Source of the DNA: Octopus sinensis | Taxonomy: Eukaryota | Length of the DNA stretch: 64,000 nucleotides | NCBI RefSeq assembly: GCF_006345805.1 | Contig: NC_043015.1 | Coordinates: 44,640,001-44,704,000 of the forward strand | Reading direction: 5' to 3' | Shown here: positions 39,267 to 53,153 of the stretch, piece by piece | How positions within the stretch are numbered: the first letter of the stretch is position 1 | Layout of the letters: every line of letters starts with the position of its first letter | The notes under the pieces: generated by a model | The model's input: the letters and a program-made list of their open reading frames with translations, nothing else | The model's database searches: none | What the model was told of the DNA's origin: nothing | Position numbers and translations under genes: made by a program

Positions 39267-40431
39267 ATGTGTGTGTATGCATGTATATATATATATTAGT
39301 GCTTACAAAATCTGAGTGAGTGAAAGAAAATTAAACCTCGTCAGGTTGAAGAAAATACCAAACTATTTCCATGTTGGTAATTAGATTCTCTACGTTTTCT
39401 GACACTGCAATATCTTTTCATACATATTTATAATAGCGATCATATTATTTTAGCTATTCATGAGTTATTGGGAAATTGCCATAAGTACTTGTAACCAATA
39501 AACGTACATGGATGATACTACAAGAATTTCTATCTCTATTTTTTTTAATGGTCTTTACTATTTTCTGAAGTATCAAGTCATGATAAAATATAGTTGGGTC
39601 TCGACGAAATATAATCTCCCATTAATTAATTTGACACTTGTATTAAAATATAATTCAGAAAAACTCATCTGCTTTAGTAAATTCGTTCAAGTTATAGTTC
39701 AGATGTCAATTTGAGACTTATAAACATTTTTATGAAATATTAGGTGTATATTATTCGCATATGAAATATGGTGAAATACAGTAGATGCACTCATACAACC
39801 ATTTACATCCATATACATAGAGTGACATACACACTATCGGTTAGTGTGTACACTCAGTTAAAGTATATACACTGACAATATACACAATCTCAAAACAGTT
39901 CACTAACACTGAGCAGACATATGGAGCAGATATATACGCACTCGCAAACAGGAAATTGTCTTTAACCAACAATTTATATACACTTTTATTCAGAATAAAT
40001 CGAAACTGTCCCGCGGTAAGAAATATGGTACAATAACACTGTTAACAGAATCTCGATCAAAGAGTCCATGGTTCATATCCTACACGCTCTGTTCTCCCAA
40101 ATCGCTGGGGTTGAGAAAAAAAGTTCGTAACAGACAAGCAAAGGTCCCTGTTGTGTTTTACCTGGTCCCAGGTTGTTTGAAAGTCATTGATCATTGATCA
40201 AGCTCAATGAGTTTAATTACGAAACAATTTGGATATTATATTGTGAAGCTATGACTATTAACTGTGCTTTAATAGTCCTAGCTGGACTACACTGGTCGAA
40301 ATTTAAATATCATCGATTCGTTATGGAGCAATGATTGTAGTGTAAGTTAATTGTATTAGTACGCTTGAGATTCGATACCTCAAACCATTATGATCTTAAA
40401 CACACTCAAACACGCATATCATGTGTATAAC

Positions 40432-40464
<33 letters not shown>

Positions 40465-40519
40465 ATTTTACTATAAAATCTGATTTTTCCCTGTAAGTTT
40501 GGATTTATTCCCTAATATT

Positions 40520-40560
<41 letters not shown>

Positions 40561-40627
40561 GCACACACATACACACACATATATATATATATATACATAC
40601 ACACAAACACACACATATATATATATA

Positions 40628-40859
40628 AAGGCAGTGAGCTGGCAGAAACGCTAGCACTCCGGGCGAAATGCGTAGCCGTATTTCGTCTGCCGTTACGTTC
40701 TGAGTTCAAATTCCGCCGAGGTCGACTTTGCCTTTCATCCTTTCGGGGTCGATAAATTAAGTACCAGTTACGCACTGGGTCGATGTAATCGACTTAATCC
40801 GTTTGCCTGTCCTTGTTTTGTCCCCTCTGTGTTCAGCCCCTCGTGGGTAGTAAAGAAAT
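40628..40859 (+). mobile_element. SINE family B, full length
   Basis: Colinear with 13168-13401. Confidence 0.92.
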
Positions 40860-41035
40860 GTATATAGATGAACCACTGTCAGCATTTCTACATCCAGATG
40901 TTGAAAATTACGTTTTTGCTAGGGACACATCTTTAAGTGAAGAACGCAATACATGCACCCAACTCTCCGTTGAGCTGTATAATATTCTAAGGAATCTGTG
41001 GTTTTTGCTTTTGGCTCGAGTGACGTGAGGCTTAA

Positions 41036-41435
41036 TCTTTATATATAAAAGTGAAGTTGTGTGAGTGTCCGTCTCCTACGATTTAGATTCCTAACTACTC
41101 CCACATTTTGCGGTGCAGTTTAACCAAAACCGGGTATCTTATAGTCGTGATTCATATCGAGTCCTTCTGGGTATTAGCGCGCGTCAACGATGAGTCTACG
41201 ACTTTTTAAAAAATTACCATCATTTTTTTCCATTTTAATGCATTTTTCGCTATTATATAAGGGAAGTTACTCTCTAAAAATGTCTACGATGAGTCAACGA
41301 TTTAAAAAAAAATTACCATCATTTTTTTTCCATTTTTAATGCATTTTTTTGCTATTTTTTTGGCTATAACTCTCTAATAATGCTTATATAGTTATTTCCC
41401 TTACAAACCCGAGCAACGCCGGGCGATACTGCTAG
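41036..41435 (+). mobile_element. Non-autonomous Helitron, 400 bp
   Basis: A|TC 5' end, subterminal hairpin CCCGAGCAACGCCGGG (41408-41423), CTAG|T 3' end, no TSD; internal ~60-bp duplication. Confidence 0.88.
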
Positions 41436-42075
41436 TTAATTATAAGGCGAATTCCTATCACAACGCTGTTGCCGTATAGGGATTCATTGAACTCGTATAG
41501 GATTAATCTAGGAATATGCCCATTAGATAGCAACGTAGAGGTAATTGCAAGATGGCTTTCAATTATATAGTTTACATTTCGGTTATTGAAACTACTGAGG
41601 GTCTTTAAGCAGAAATTGAAGTTGAAATGAAAGCCGATATCTCATTAAATCTACACCCATAAACAAGCAGAATGATTAGGGAAATTAATTCAACCATTGA
41701 TCTTCGCTGCACCTTAAATAGTTTAATTTTCTAAATTGTTTATATAATATTCCTGGCAGGTGTGATCTCTTTCTGTAGTATGTGGATTTTCTATTTTATT
41801 AGCAAAATGAAAATTAAAGATAGGGAAGATACGTGACGGGCAATTTCCAATACGAAGGCATAGGTAAACAAGAAATAACAAAAAGTAATAGATAAAATAA
41901 GAGATGTTTTCAGCATTTACTACAGTGAGCTTCGATTTCTCTTCCTCAATTTACACTCATTCAGATTTAAACTATACAATATACGCGAGTTGCTTAAAAT
42001 ACAGGTAAGCTAAAAGTACAAAGCCAGTTTCTAGCTTTTCCCATTTGCTATTTTACTTCATTGATGTTAATGATT

Positions 42076-42260
42076 GTGGAGGCGCAATGGCCCAGTGGGT
42101 AGGGCAGCAGACTCGCCTCGCGGTCATAGGATCGCAGTTTCGATACCCATACCGGGCGTTGTAAGTGTTTTTTGAGCAAAAACACCTAAAGCTCCACGAG
42201 GCTCCGGCAGGGGATGGTGGCGAACCCTGCTGTACACTTTCACCGCAAATTTCTCTCACC
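42076..42260 (+). mobile_element. SINE family C, 5' half
   Basis: GGAGGCGCAATGGCCCAGTGG head; truncated after the core. Confidence 0.85.
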
Positions 42261-42299
42261 TAGTTTAGGAATATAATTACTCTGTCTCTTAATGCATTC

Positions 42300-42725
42300 A
42301 TGATGGGACATCGTCTGGAAGGGTTTTAGTCGAACGAATTGATGCTAGTACTTGTTTCAAAACATGGTACCTATTCTATCCGCCTCTTTTGCCGAACTGC
42401 TATATTGCCAGGACATAAACAAACCTACCTCGGCTGTCAAGCAGAAGTGGTGGGCAAACAGACATACATATACGCTTTTAGTTGTTTCAGTCATTTGACT
42501 GTGGCCATGCTGGAGCACTGCCTTTAGTCGAGCAAATCGACCCCAGGATATATTCTTTGTAAGACTAGTGCTTATTCTATCGGGCTGTTTTGCCGAACCG
42601 CTAAGTATATACAATGGTCTTCTTTCAGTTTCTGTCTACGAAATAAAATTCACAAGGATTTGATCAACCCTGGGCCATAGTATTTTTCTTCAAAGTGGGA
42701 CTCAACCGACAACTATGTGGGTGGG
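42300..42725 (-). mobile_element. Nested degenerate SINE family A fragments
   Basis: Two partial 3' blocks (TATTCTATC...TTTTGCCGAAC) and a degraded head. Confidence 0.7.
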
Positions 42726-43881
42726 AATCAAACATTTTACGACCCTCATGACGGCGCTTGTTTAATACAGAAAGAGTACATATCATTTAATAGACATCTA
42801 TATTTTCACTTAAATAAGAAATCCGATTATTTTTCTCCATACTCAAGCTTTCCTTTTTCTCTACGTCTCAGTAGAATTTTCGATTTGTCAATAAATTATT
42901 AGATTTAAATATTTTATACATTCTAAACAATGTGTCACCATATAGACCCCATATTTTCCGCTCATAAAATAGCTATATTACATTTAATTGATATGATTCG
43001 ATTTTAATGATTTAAGGTTTGAAGTCAACATATATTCCAATATTTGAAAAAGGTGAAAAATTAATAAATAAATAATAAATAAATAAATAAATAAGCAGGG
43101 AAAATTAGTTTAATAAAAGCAATGTTTTTACTACCCTGTTCAGATTATAAACCTCGGTGCAATTCTCTAACGCAAATCAAATATATGCATAGCACACGCC
43201 CACACATACGGTAGCATACATACACACAAACGTACAAAGATGCACATACGAAGCGTGGCTGAATATATATATATATATTATATAGATATATATATATATA
43301 TATTATTATATTTTATATATATGCATATATATATGCATACATATACATCATATATGTTGTATATATTCATGCAAGCATATATATATACACATATATATAT
43401 ATATAATATGTGTGTGTGTGTGTATATATGTATATATTTATTACATGTATATATATATACTTATATATATATATGTATGTATATATATATATATATATAT
43501 ATATAGTATGCATGTATGTATGTATGCATAATTATTCAAAACCCAAAGAATTCGTCTCAACATATGGAAATCATGCACCTCATTACTTCTCATCGTGATC
43601 AGAGACCCACATATTCTCAGCCATCAAGGGACATGCTCAGTCGTTTAAGGTCAAACAACTGACAATCTAATATGTGGTATTTAGCAGAATATTTGCTGTT
43701 GGCATAATCGTTACAGCGTCAGAAAAATGCGTCGGGATATTTGACCCTTCTCTGCATGCAAATGATGCTGAAGTCAGCTTACATCCCTTTGGGACCAATA
43801 AATTAATGTTCTAATATAAACAATACGGTCGCTTACAGTGTTCCCTAATGATATCTGGATTTATATCTAAATCAGTAACCG

Positions 43882-43975
43882 TCCTTCTTCTTCTTCTTCT
43901 TCTTCTTCTTCTTCTTCTTCTTCTTCTTCTTCTTCTTCTTCTTCTTCTTCTTCTTCTTCTTCTTCTTCTTCTTCT
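43882..43975. repeat. (CTT)n pure tract
   Basis: Directly visible. Confidence 0.98.
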
Positions 43976-44072
43976 CTTTTTCTTCTTCTTCTTATCTTCT
44001 TCTTCTTCTTATTCTTCTTATATTTTAATTATTAATATATTATTATTATTATCATTATTATCATTATTATTA

Positions 44073-44350
44073 AGGCGATCTGCCAGAGTCGTTAGCACGC
44101 TGAATGAAATGATTAGCAGTATTTCGTTTGTCGCTACGTTCTGAGGTCAAATTTCACCGAGGTCGAGTTTGTCTTTCATCCTTTCGAAATCGCTAAATTA
44201 AGTACCAGTGAAATACTGGAGTCGATATAAGCGACTAGTGCGTTCCACCAAATTTCAGGCATAGTAGAAAGGATTATTAAGGCGCCGAGCTGGCCGTATC
44301 TTCTCCCCAGAAATTTCAGGCCCTGTGCCTTTTTAGTAGAAAGGATTATT
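44073..44350 (+). mobile_element. SINE family B-like degenerate copy plus second fragment
   Basis: CGTTAGCACGC...GAGGTCGA...AAGTACCAG; tail TAGTAGAAAGGATTATT occurs twice. Confidence 0.7.
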
Positions 44351-44353
44351 ATT

Positions 44354-44452
44354 ATTTAAGAAACACACAAAAAACCGTTTGATTCACTTGAACATTTAAA
44401 TTTTATTTGTCAAAAAGAAGTGAATTTAACGGTTTTTGTGTGTTTCTTAAAT
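44354..44452. mobile_element. Tiny inverted-repeat element (MITE-like, ~99 bp)
   Basis: ATTTAAGAAACACACAAAAA(A)CCGTT / AACGGTTTTTGTGTGTTTCTTAAAT with inner ATTCACTT/AAGTGAAT. Confidence 0.7.
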
Positions 44453-45027
44453 GGCTTATAAACACCTTCCACGCCGCAAATGTTTTCGTTCCAGCACACG
44501 ATCTCAGATCAGGTCACTTGCTATGCAAGTACATCTCCTTAATTATTATTATTACTGTTGTAATAATTGGTGGTTTTGTTGTTGGTGGTTGTCTTTAGTT
44601 TGGCTTCTCTTTGCTCCGAAATTCGCATTACACATTAACTGAGAAATGAGATATTTTGAAATACAACAGACTGATACGATCGGAGGTAACTGGAAGATTT
44701 TTGTTTTTTTATCAGAAATGTGCCATGAGTTGAAAATTTCTCGGAGGTGTGTGGTGGTGGTGGTGGTGTTGGTGGTGGTGGGGAGGGGGGACATTGTGTT
44801 CTAGAAAGCAAAATCTGTTGTTTTTCGCAACGACTGGAAATTAGCTTTTTACAAATTGCATTAAGTCAGTTAGAGTGTTGAGTCTTGTTGATAAAATCGC
44901 TTGAATTATGTTAGTGGTTAATTTGGGAATATTATATACAGAGACACCACACACACATATACACACAAACACACACACACACAAACATATGTATGTTTAT
45001 GTGTGTGTGTTTGAGTGTGTACGTATG

Positions 45028-45062
<35 letters not shown>

Positions 45063-45261
45063 GTATGTATTCATGTATAATAGTGTACAAGCAATTTAAG
45101 TATTCATACACGGAAGAGGTGACCTTTGACAGGATACCTTACATACTAGAAAGGACAGTCAAACCCAAAACCACAAATAAAAGGTGATGAAATTTTTAAA
45201 AATATGTTTCTAGTACATTATTTACATTTGACGGATAGTTGTACTCATCTTTTTTGTTGTT

Positions 45262-45307
45262 AACACAACGTTTTGGCTGATATACCCTCCAGCCTTCATC
45301 AGGTGTC
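45262..45307 (-). ncRNA. Minimal hammerhead motif, mutated at G12
   Basis: Minus strand GACAC-CUGAUGA-A-GGCUG..CAGCC-AAAA-CG-UU-GUGUU; helices I and II pair, but GAAA reads AAAA. Confidence 0.65.
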
Positions 45308-45631
45308 GTGGGGAAATTTCGAACCTGGGTTCTCATTCCTAAGGTATTTTTCGATGTTATTACTATTATTATTCTTTCGTATACGGTTGGTATTTTATTA
45401 CTGAGAACATATGTAGATTACGCAGTAATTTCAGGGGTTTAATGTAGCTGTTTATAGGATTTAGGAAAGTGTATGATGATGACTACATATTATATTCTGA
45501 TGATGTTCATCAAATCAGCTCCGACGTCATTTCTCTGGGAGTTTCCGCAATTTCAAACAGAATTTATGTACTGATATGCTAGTGTTCGGATTCGACACAC
45601 ACGCACACACACATACGCACACATACACACG

Positions 45632-45673
<42 letters not shown>

Positions 45674-45771
45674 AGAACTAGATGGATAGATAGATAACTT
45701 TCTTTATTGGCCACACATAATCGGTCAATCATTCAGACAGCTAGCTAACTCACTAGGGAGTCAGTTTTGTA

Positions 45772-46036
45772 GGTAAGTAGGTATGTATGTAGGTAGGTGG
45801 GTAGGTAGGTAGGTACATAGGTAGTTATGTAGGTAGGTAGGAAGATAGATATATAGATATGTAGTTAGGTAGGTAGTTAGGTAGGTAGGTAGGTAGGTAG
45901 GTAGGTAAGTAGGTAGGTAGGTAGGTAGGTAGGTAGGTAGGTAGGTAGGTACGTAGGTAGATATGTAGATAGGTATGTATGTATGTATGTAAGTAGGAAG
46001 GTAGGTAGGTAGGTAGGTAGGTAGGTAGGTAGGTAG
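45772..46036. repeat. (GTAG)n/(GTAT)n microsatellite
   Basis: Directly visible. Confidence 0.97.
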
Positions 46037-46894
46037 CTGTCGCCTGGGACTGCACAAGTATCAAATTACATCATCCCTACGTCATCATCATTTCTCTGGG
46101 ACAACTGTGTAGGGGAGAGATTTGAAGGAGCGGGCAAATACTTGTGTTCCTTAGAAAATATTGTCCAGCCCTGCACATACATGGGCAAACGTATGACCAA
46201 TCTTGACCGATGGATCCTCCACCCGAGGAAGTCCATTTTAATTTTCAGTGAGTTCACACAATTTTTCCAGGAAGTGTACAGAGTCAATTGAAGTGAATAT
46301 TATAACTATTGTCGCAGAAACCAGAACGTTAACTAACTATTAATCACAGTAATTGAAGCGTTAGCTAACATTACTTAAAATAATTTTGATAGATGCGTGG
46401 GAAATGAGTCATCATTCACCCAATTAACCCCGGATTGTATAGGGACACATCAACAGGTGTAACCAAGTTGAGCATTAATTTATATAATTGTTCCCGCGAG
46501 GAAATCGTACCCCTTGCTTAAAAAAAAGTACGACGATATTTGACTGTTGTCGTTTTTCTTTTGTGCTGCAAATTTATTTTTCATCTTATTTATTACACTG
46601 GACATCCGAATATGCGGCAATATCTATATGTGCGTGTGTGTGTGTAAGTATCTGTGTATGTGTATGTGTGTTTCTGTGTGTGTGTGTGCCTGTGTGTATG
46701 TAGTATTGTACTATCAACATGTAGGTATTGATAGTAGTTCCAATATGCTTCTGGGATATTCGAACACGTATTTTGTCATGGAGAAAATTCTTCGCTGTAG
46801 ACGAACAAGAGAAATTTTCTCCATCACCAAGTGGAATGAATGACTTTCAATAGCTTCCAATGCACCTCAAGCACTCTTGAACTGGTAACAAGTT

Positions 46895-46959
<65 letters not shown>

Positions 46960-47005
46960 TAAACAATTTCTTGCCTCGATAAGCATACGGATATATGTCT
47001 ATATG

Positions 47006-47447
47006 TATATATGTGTGTGTGAGTGCGTTTGAATGTGACCGCGCATCTGTAAGTTCACTTATGTATACACGTGCATGCATACAATCATGAAGGCAAGCAC
47101 ATATGCAATATATATATTATATATATATATAGGTATGTCTGTATATACATACAGCACTGTATGTATAGACATAAATCTATTACTTGGTATTTATAGAGGA
47201 GTTTTGGAGCTATAATATATATATATATATGTGTGTGTGAGTGCGTTTGAATGTGACCGCGCATCTGTAAGTTCACTTATTGTATACACGTGCATGCATA
47301 CAATCATGAAGGCAAGCACATATGCAATATATATATATATATATATATAGGTATGTGTGTATATACATACAGCACTGTATGTATAGACATAAATCTATTA
47401 CTTGGTATTTATAGAGGAGTTTTGGAGCTATAATATATATATATATA
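47006..47447 (+). repeat. Tandem duplication, unit ~218 bp
   Basis: GAGTGCGTTTGAATGTGACCGCGC...GGAGTTTTGGAGCTATA occurs twice with a few differences. Confidence 0.93.
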
Positions 47448-47607
47448 TGTGTGTGTGTGTAAGTATATATGCGTGTGCGTATGTGTGTGGGTGTATATAT
47501 AGTTATAGTGGGGGGTAGGCTGGCTAAACAATCGCAAATATAAACGAAGAAATGGAATACATTTATCAATATTATTTCATTATTCAGCCAAAATGAATGA
47601 CTCACTC

Positions 47608-47684
47608 TACTACTACTACTACTACTACTACTACAATCAACACCATAACCACCACAACTACAGGTAGCAACTGTGTTAGTATTT

Positions 47685-47732
<48 letters not shown>

Positions 47733-47777
47733 ATAGTAGTTGTAGTAGTAGTACTTGTAGTATTAGTAGCAATAGTA

Positions 47778-47811
<34 letters not shown>

Positions 47812-47836
47812 TAATAATAATAATAATAATAATAAT

Positions 47837-47895
<59 letters not shown>

Positions 47896-47946
47896 TAATA
47901 ATAATAATAATAATAATGATAATAATGATGATAATAATAATAATAT
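47608..47946. repeat. Trinucleotide ladder (CTA)n, (GTA)n, (TAA)n
   Basis: Directly visible; source of the poly-T/S/N and poly-V/I ORFs. Confidence 0.97.
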
Positions 47947-48505
47947 TTATGTTACTAGTAGATATACGATAAAAGAAAGCTGGGCAATTGAATCAAAATT
48001 GTAAACAAAACCCTTTCAAGTTCTTTATGAGAAGTAGTTTGTAATTTTTAACGCTACGAATCTCATTTCTAAAGCAAATAACTGTTACACATTACACTAT
48101 ATATTATGTTATATTGTTTCGACTTTGTTTATTTCACTTCGCACATCGCTTTTATGAATATTTCTTTCCCAATCATGACTTATATATTATCAGTAGCAAT
48201 AATTTTTTTTTTTGGCAGTCCGCATATATTATTAACATTAAATGAAGGCTTCGGGGAATTCCTGGAAGTTGACACTGGAAATCTGCCCGTCCTATGTTTG
48301 CGATTAATTAAAGCAGAATGCGCCAATATCAATGAATTATATCAATGGCCTTATTCGGGTTTTCGTAAGTGAATGTTACTGGTTGTGATTCAAACCCAAC
48401 GCTAAAATTAATCAATATTGAGGGAAAACGTTCTGTTTTTCTCCCCCTTTCGTGCACGTCAGTTATCGTTGGTCTTTACAGGCAAGTTTGATCAAGATGG
48501 TCTAT

Positions 48506-48686
48506 AGGAGTGGCTATGTGGTAAGTAGCTTGCTTACTAATCTAACCACATGCTTCCGGGTTCAGTCCCACTGCGTCGCACCTTGGGCAAGTGTCTTCTA
48601 CTATAGCCTCGGGCCGACCAAAGCCTTGTGAGTGGATTTGTTAGACGGAAACTGAAAGAAGCCCGTCGTACATATGTATGTGTATA

Positions 48687-48750
<64 letters not shown>

Positions 48751-48990
48751 ATATGTATGTATGTATGTGTATGTGTTTGTATGTCTGTGTTTGTCCTCGC
48801 CCCAACATCGCTTGACAACCGATGCTGGTCTTTTGACGTCCCTGTAACTTAGAGGTTCGGCAAAAGAGCCGGATAGAATAAGTACTAGGCTTACAAAGAA
48901 TACGTCTTGGGGACGATTTGCTCGACTAAAGGCGGTGCTCCAGCATGGCCACAGTCAAATGACTGAAACAAGTAAAAGAGTAAAAGAGTA
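48506..48990 (+). mobile_element. SINE family A, full length
   Basis: Head, core, expanded internal (TA)n and tail. Confidence 0.93.
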
Positions 48991-49209
48991 TAACCAATAG
49001 AGTACAGCAACAGTGACAACCTATTTTTATACCTTATTCTTAGAAATTTAAGGCCATATAAACTTATCTATCCCCAACGTTTATTATTGCTGTTGGGTAA
49101 TGATACATGTCGTGAAATTGGTAACATAACATAAGTTCGATAATTCTTAGTCAATCTAATCTTGTTTCGTTCATTTGCTGGTTTCAACCACTAATTATAG
49201 ACCATATTG

Positions 49210-49601
49210 TGGAGGCGCAATGGCCCAGTGGTTAGGGCAGCGGACTCGCGGTCGTAGGATCGCGGTTTCGATTCCCAGACCGGGCGTTGTGAGTGTTTAT
49301 TGAGCGAAAACACCTAAAGCTCCCCGAGGCTCCGGCAGGAGATGGTGGTGATCCCTGCTGTACTCTTTCACCACAACTTTCTCTCACTCTTTCTTCCTGT
49401 TTCTGTTGTACCTGTATTTCAAAGGGCCGGCCTTGTCACTCTCTGTGTCACGTTAAATATCCCCGAGAACTAAGTTAAGGGTACACGTGTCTGTGGAGTG
49501 CTCAGCCACTTACACGTTAATTTCACGAGCAGGGTGTTCCGTTGATCGGATCAACCGGAACCCTCGTCATAGTAATCGACGGAGTGCTTCCATTCCATTC
49601 C
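49210..49601 (+). mobile_element. SINE family C, full length, 13-bp TSD
   Basis: A/B boxes, (TTCCA)n tail, TSD ATAGACCATATTG at 49197-49209 and 49602-49614. Confidence 0.94.
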
Positions 49602-50130
49602 ATAGACCATATTGAGGCACCAACGTCGGAAAAAATAGTCGGTTGCCACGATCCATCTACTTGGAATCTAGTTCTTATATTTTATGAATCTAAGATATCT
49701 GTAAAGCAAAATCAACATGTGTTACTAGCATAGTTCTTATGACAAGCATAAAATTTAAAATCTACCTATTTCTCAAAAAAAAAAAAAATTATTTTATGCC
49801 CTAAAGAACTTAAGGAAGACATTGCAAGATATTATGCAGCACATAGCCATTATTCTTGGCTAAAGTGCAATTTCCTGACAAATAAGAACGACATTCTGGT
49901 TTCACTGTTTTCCCTAGGAATATTGATATAATTATAAACACTCAATAATTTTAGTAAATTCTTCCTGTTTTTCAATAAGACAAGAATCTAAGTATCCAAC
50001 AAATCTCATCGGAGAAGCAATCGATTATTTGTTAAATTACCTAACTCTTTGGTTGTTCCTTGCTTGTTTTTGTGTGCTTTTCTTTCAAAAAATTGGAGAA
50101 TGTATCAATAATGTAGTCATATATACATGC

Positions 50131-50211
<81 letters not shown>

Positions 50212-51115
50212 GAGAAACGAAAACATGAAAACAGAACCATGGAAACGGACATTTTTTTTAATCAACGAAAAAACAGGGCATAAAACATATAACACCATGA
50301 AACTTCCCCTTCTTCGGCCGCCTCCTTTTCGTCTACTCCGCGTTTCTCATTGCGTTCGACATTTTTGGGGTGTCCTGTACCCATATATGCATGTATATAT
50401 ACATATAGATGAAGGTACGTACATATATGTATGTATATATGCATATGTTTTATTTATTATTTTGTTATTATATGAACGAACGCCACGCATCCGCTTCCAT
50501 ATATATATTTAGCTTTGACTGGTTTCAGCCCAGGCCTGAAGTCTGTATCAGAAAAAAAATACACGAAGTGATTACCCCTCCAATGGAGATGATCATGAAT
50601 ATACTGTGTCTTCTGGATTGAGGCCGATGTAAGGATAATTTAAAATCACATATCAGCATGAGTTTCCTATACAAAGACTTACAAAATATCAGTACCTCAA
50701 TACCCTGAAGATCAATGATTTGAACCTCGAATTATAATTCCATTCACATATACAATACTTTGAGGTAATATTTTCCGCCCACTTAAACATAGATGTTCTG
50801 TTAGGACAAACTATACTGCGATAGTTATCATGAGATAACTCTCATATTGGCTGTCGATGCAAAATTCACTCCTTTTTATATGGCTACTGGAGGGGGGGGA
50901 TAAATCTAACGATATAAACATGAATACATTTTGTACTAAAAGCCATGATATCTACCTCAGTTTAGCTTGTTCTAACAGAACATTCACGTTTAACTGGAAA
51001 TAATTATTATCTTTCGGTATTAATAATCCCTCATTCACTTATAAATATTTTCAAACGCTTCTTTGTATTATAAACATTAAATAGCATCTGATAATTTGTC
51101 GGTAATATTTCCTGC

Positions 51116-51552
51116 GGATCTTTTCGGTTTGAACGGCAGTTTTTAACATAATTTCTAGGTAACTAAAAAATTTTTAAACTTCATATACTGGTAGAATGTG
51201 TTTATAAATCATTTTTTTCTCTTGGCTTTATTGAGAAAATTCTATGGTTTGTAAGATATTTGTTGTTGTTTTTTCTTCAATTTCTGCAATTTTAACCAAT
51301 CATTTACGTTTACTGAGGTAAAAAAAAACATTCTGTGCCGTATAGATATGTCCCTCGTTTAAGAAACAGATTGAGTTTATTTACATTTCTGAAGAAAAAA
51401 AATATACCCTTCCCCCACCCCTACCCTCACCCTAACTAACCCTAACACTAAAACAGATTGAAATGCAATAGATCGATACTAGGGTCATAATTATGGGTGA
51501 CAATTTCATATGACACCGCTAGAAAAAACTGCCGTTCAAACCGAAAAGATAC
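51116..51552 (+). mobile_element. MITE-like family D, both TIRs
   Basis: 29-bp TIRs (GGATCTTTTCGGTTTGAACGGCAGTTTTT / AAAAACTGCCGTTCAAACCGAAAAGATAC), 1 mismatch. Confidence 0.9.
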
Positions 51553-52384
51553 TTTCCCACCTACCGTCCCCGAAAAAAAAAATGCAGGAATGTTTGACCC
51601 TGTTCAGATTTCACATCACACCAAATATAGAAATATAATTTACGCCGTATTGTCCAATGCGCTAGTTCAATATTTCTGCCAGTGCTTTACTTAATGCTGT
51701 GCAATCATATTCTACCGCACTGTTCCACTTAGAAAAACAAGACTTATACATATTCGTTCCTATATTTTTTTGTTCTCAGTATGTGAAAGCAAACATGACA
51801 GAACAAATGCATATTGTTCATTCAGATTATATTCAGTTGCAATCATAAAAAAAATCCAGAGAGTATTTGCATCGATATACTGGTAAACAGAAAGAAAAAA
51901 CAAGGTCAAAAGGAATTAATTAAGAACTCATATGTTATTGCTGACCTTAACGCGGACATGTGTTATATATCCATACATGGATCATACATCAGTGTAAATC
52001 TAACACTTCTTCAACATAGTGTTAGATGTACATTTATAAGCATACACATACATACACAAATCCACATGCACAACCACAAACATACTAGCATGTATATGTG
52101 TATCTATTATCTATCTATCTATATATATGTACACACATACACACACGTATATATATATATATATATATAGATATATATATATATATATATATATAGCGAC
52201 CTAGTTATGTATATATAATATCTGTAACGAAAATCTTAACCAGGCGACATGGGATCTAAGGCTAGTCGTCATGCCTGTCTATGTCTTTCATGTGTTTTAA
52301 CACCCAATGCAATAAGACAGTGACCTTTCCGCAGTGGACCCGCAAACAAGCACACCGCAGAGCATATATATACAGTATTTGCGG

Positions 52385-52464
<80 letters not shown>

Positions 52465-52702
52465 TGATGAAATGTTTTCATTTCTTCATTTGGCTCCTGT
52501 CAAATTTTATCCCAAATTTTGTGGTTATAGGATCTAGCTGTTCTTTCTAGCGTGTCGAATCCCATGGGTGGATTCCTTATTTGTTTACATTTACACTGTA
52601 TTTTATGATTTTATAACTAATACATAGTGTTTGGATTGAATTTTTACACGCTAGGCCACTGGAAGTGAAAATTTCTATTAATTTCCATTTCCCTTTGATA
52701 TG

Positions 52703-52764
<62 letters not shown>

Positions 52765-52776
52765 CTTATAGATAGG

Positions 52777-52840
<64 letters not shown>

Positions 52841-53153
52841 CAGATAGATAAGTAGATAAGTAGATAGATAGATAGACAGACAGAAAGACAGACCGAGACT
52901 GAGACAAAGAGAGAGGGAGAGAAAGAGAGTTGGAAACAACCTTCTCGTACAGATGCAGTCCATTGAAAACTCCGAATACTGGAGGCAATTACTTTTCTGA
53001 GGTCACCAGCAGAATGTCTCCAATCCCTTCCTCTCAGCCGATGTGAGGCACCCTCACTGTGGTCTAACTAACTAGTATTCAACCTCAGTGCCAAGCAGCC
53101 CTTATATTGCTAGAAACAAGAGGAGATAACCGCTAGAAAGTGGTAGATAAATA

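Noticed and set aside
46097-46291. Minus-strand DSVHFLEKL...KSLPYTVVP resembling a Penelope RT segment
   Set aside because: Requires stops and gaps; similarity too weak to support by eye.
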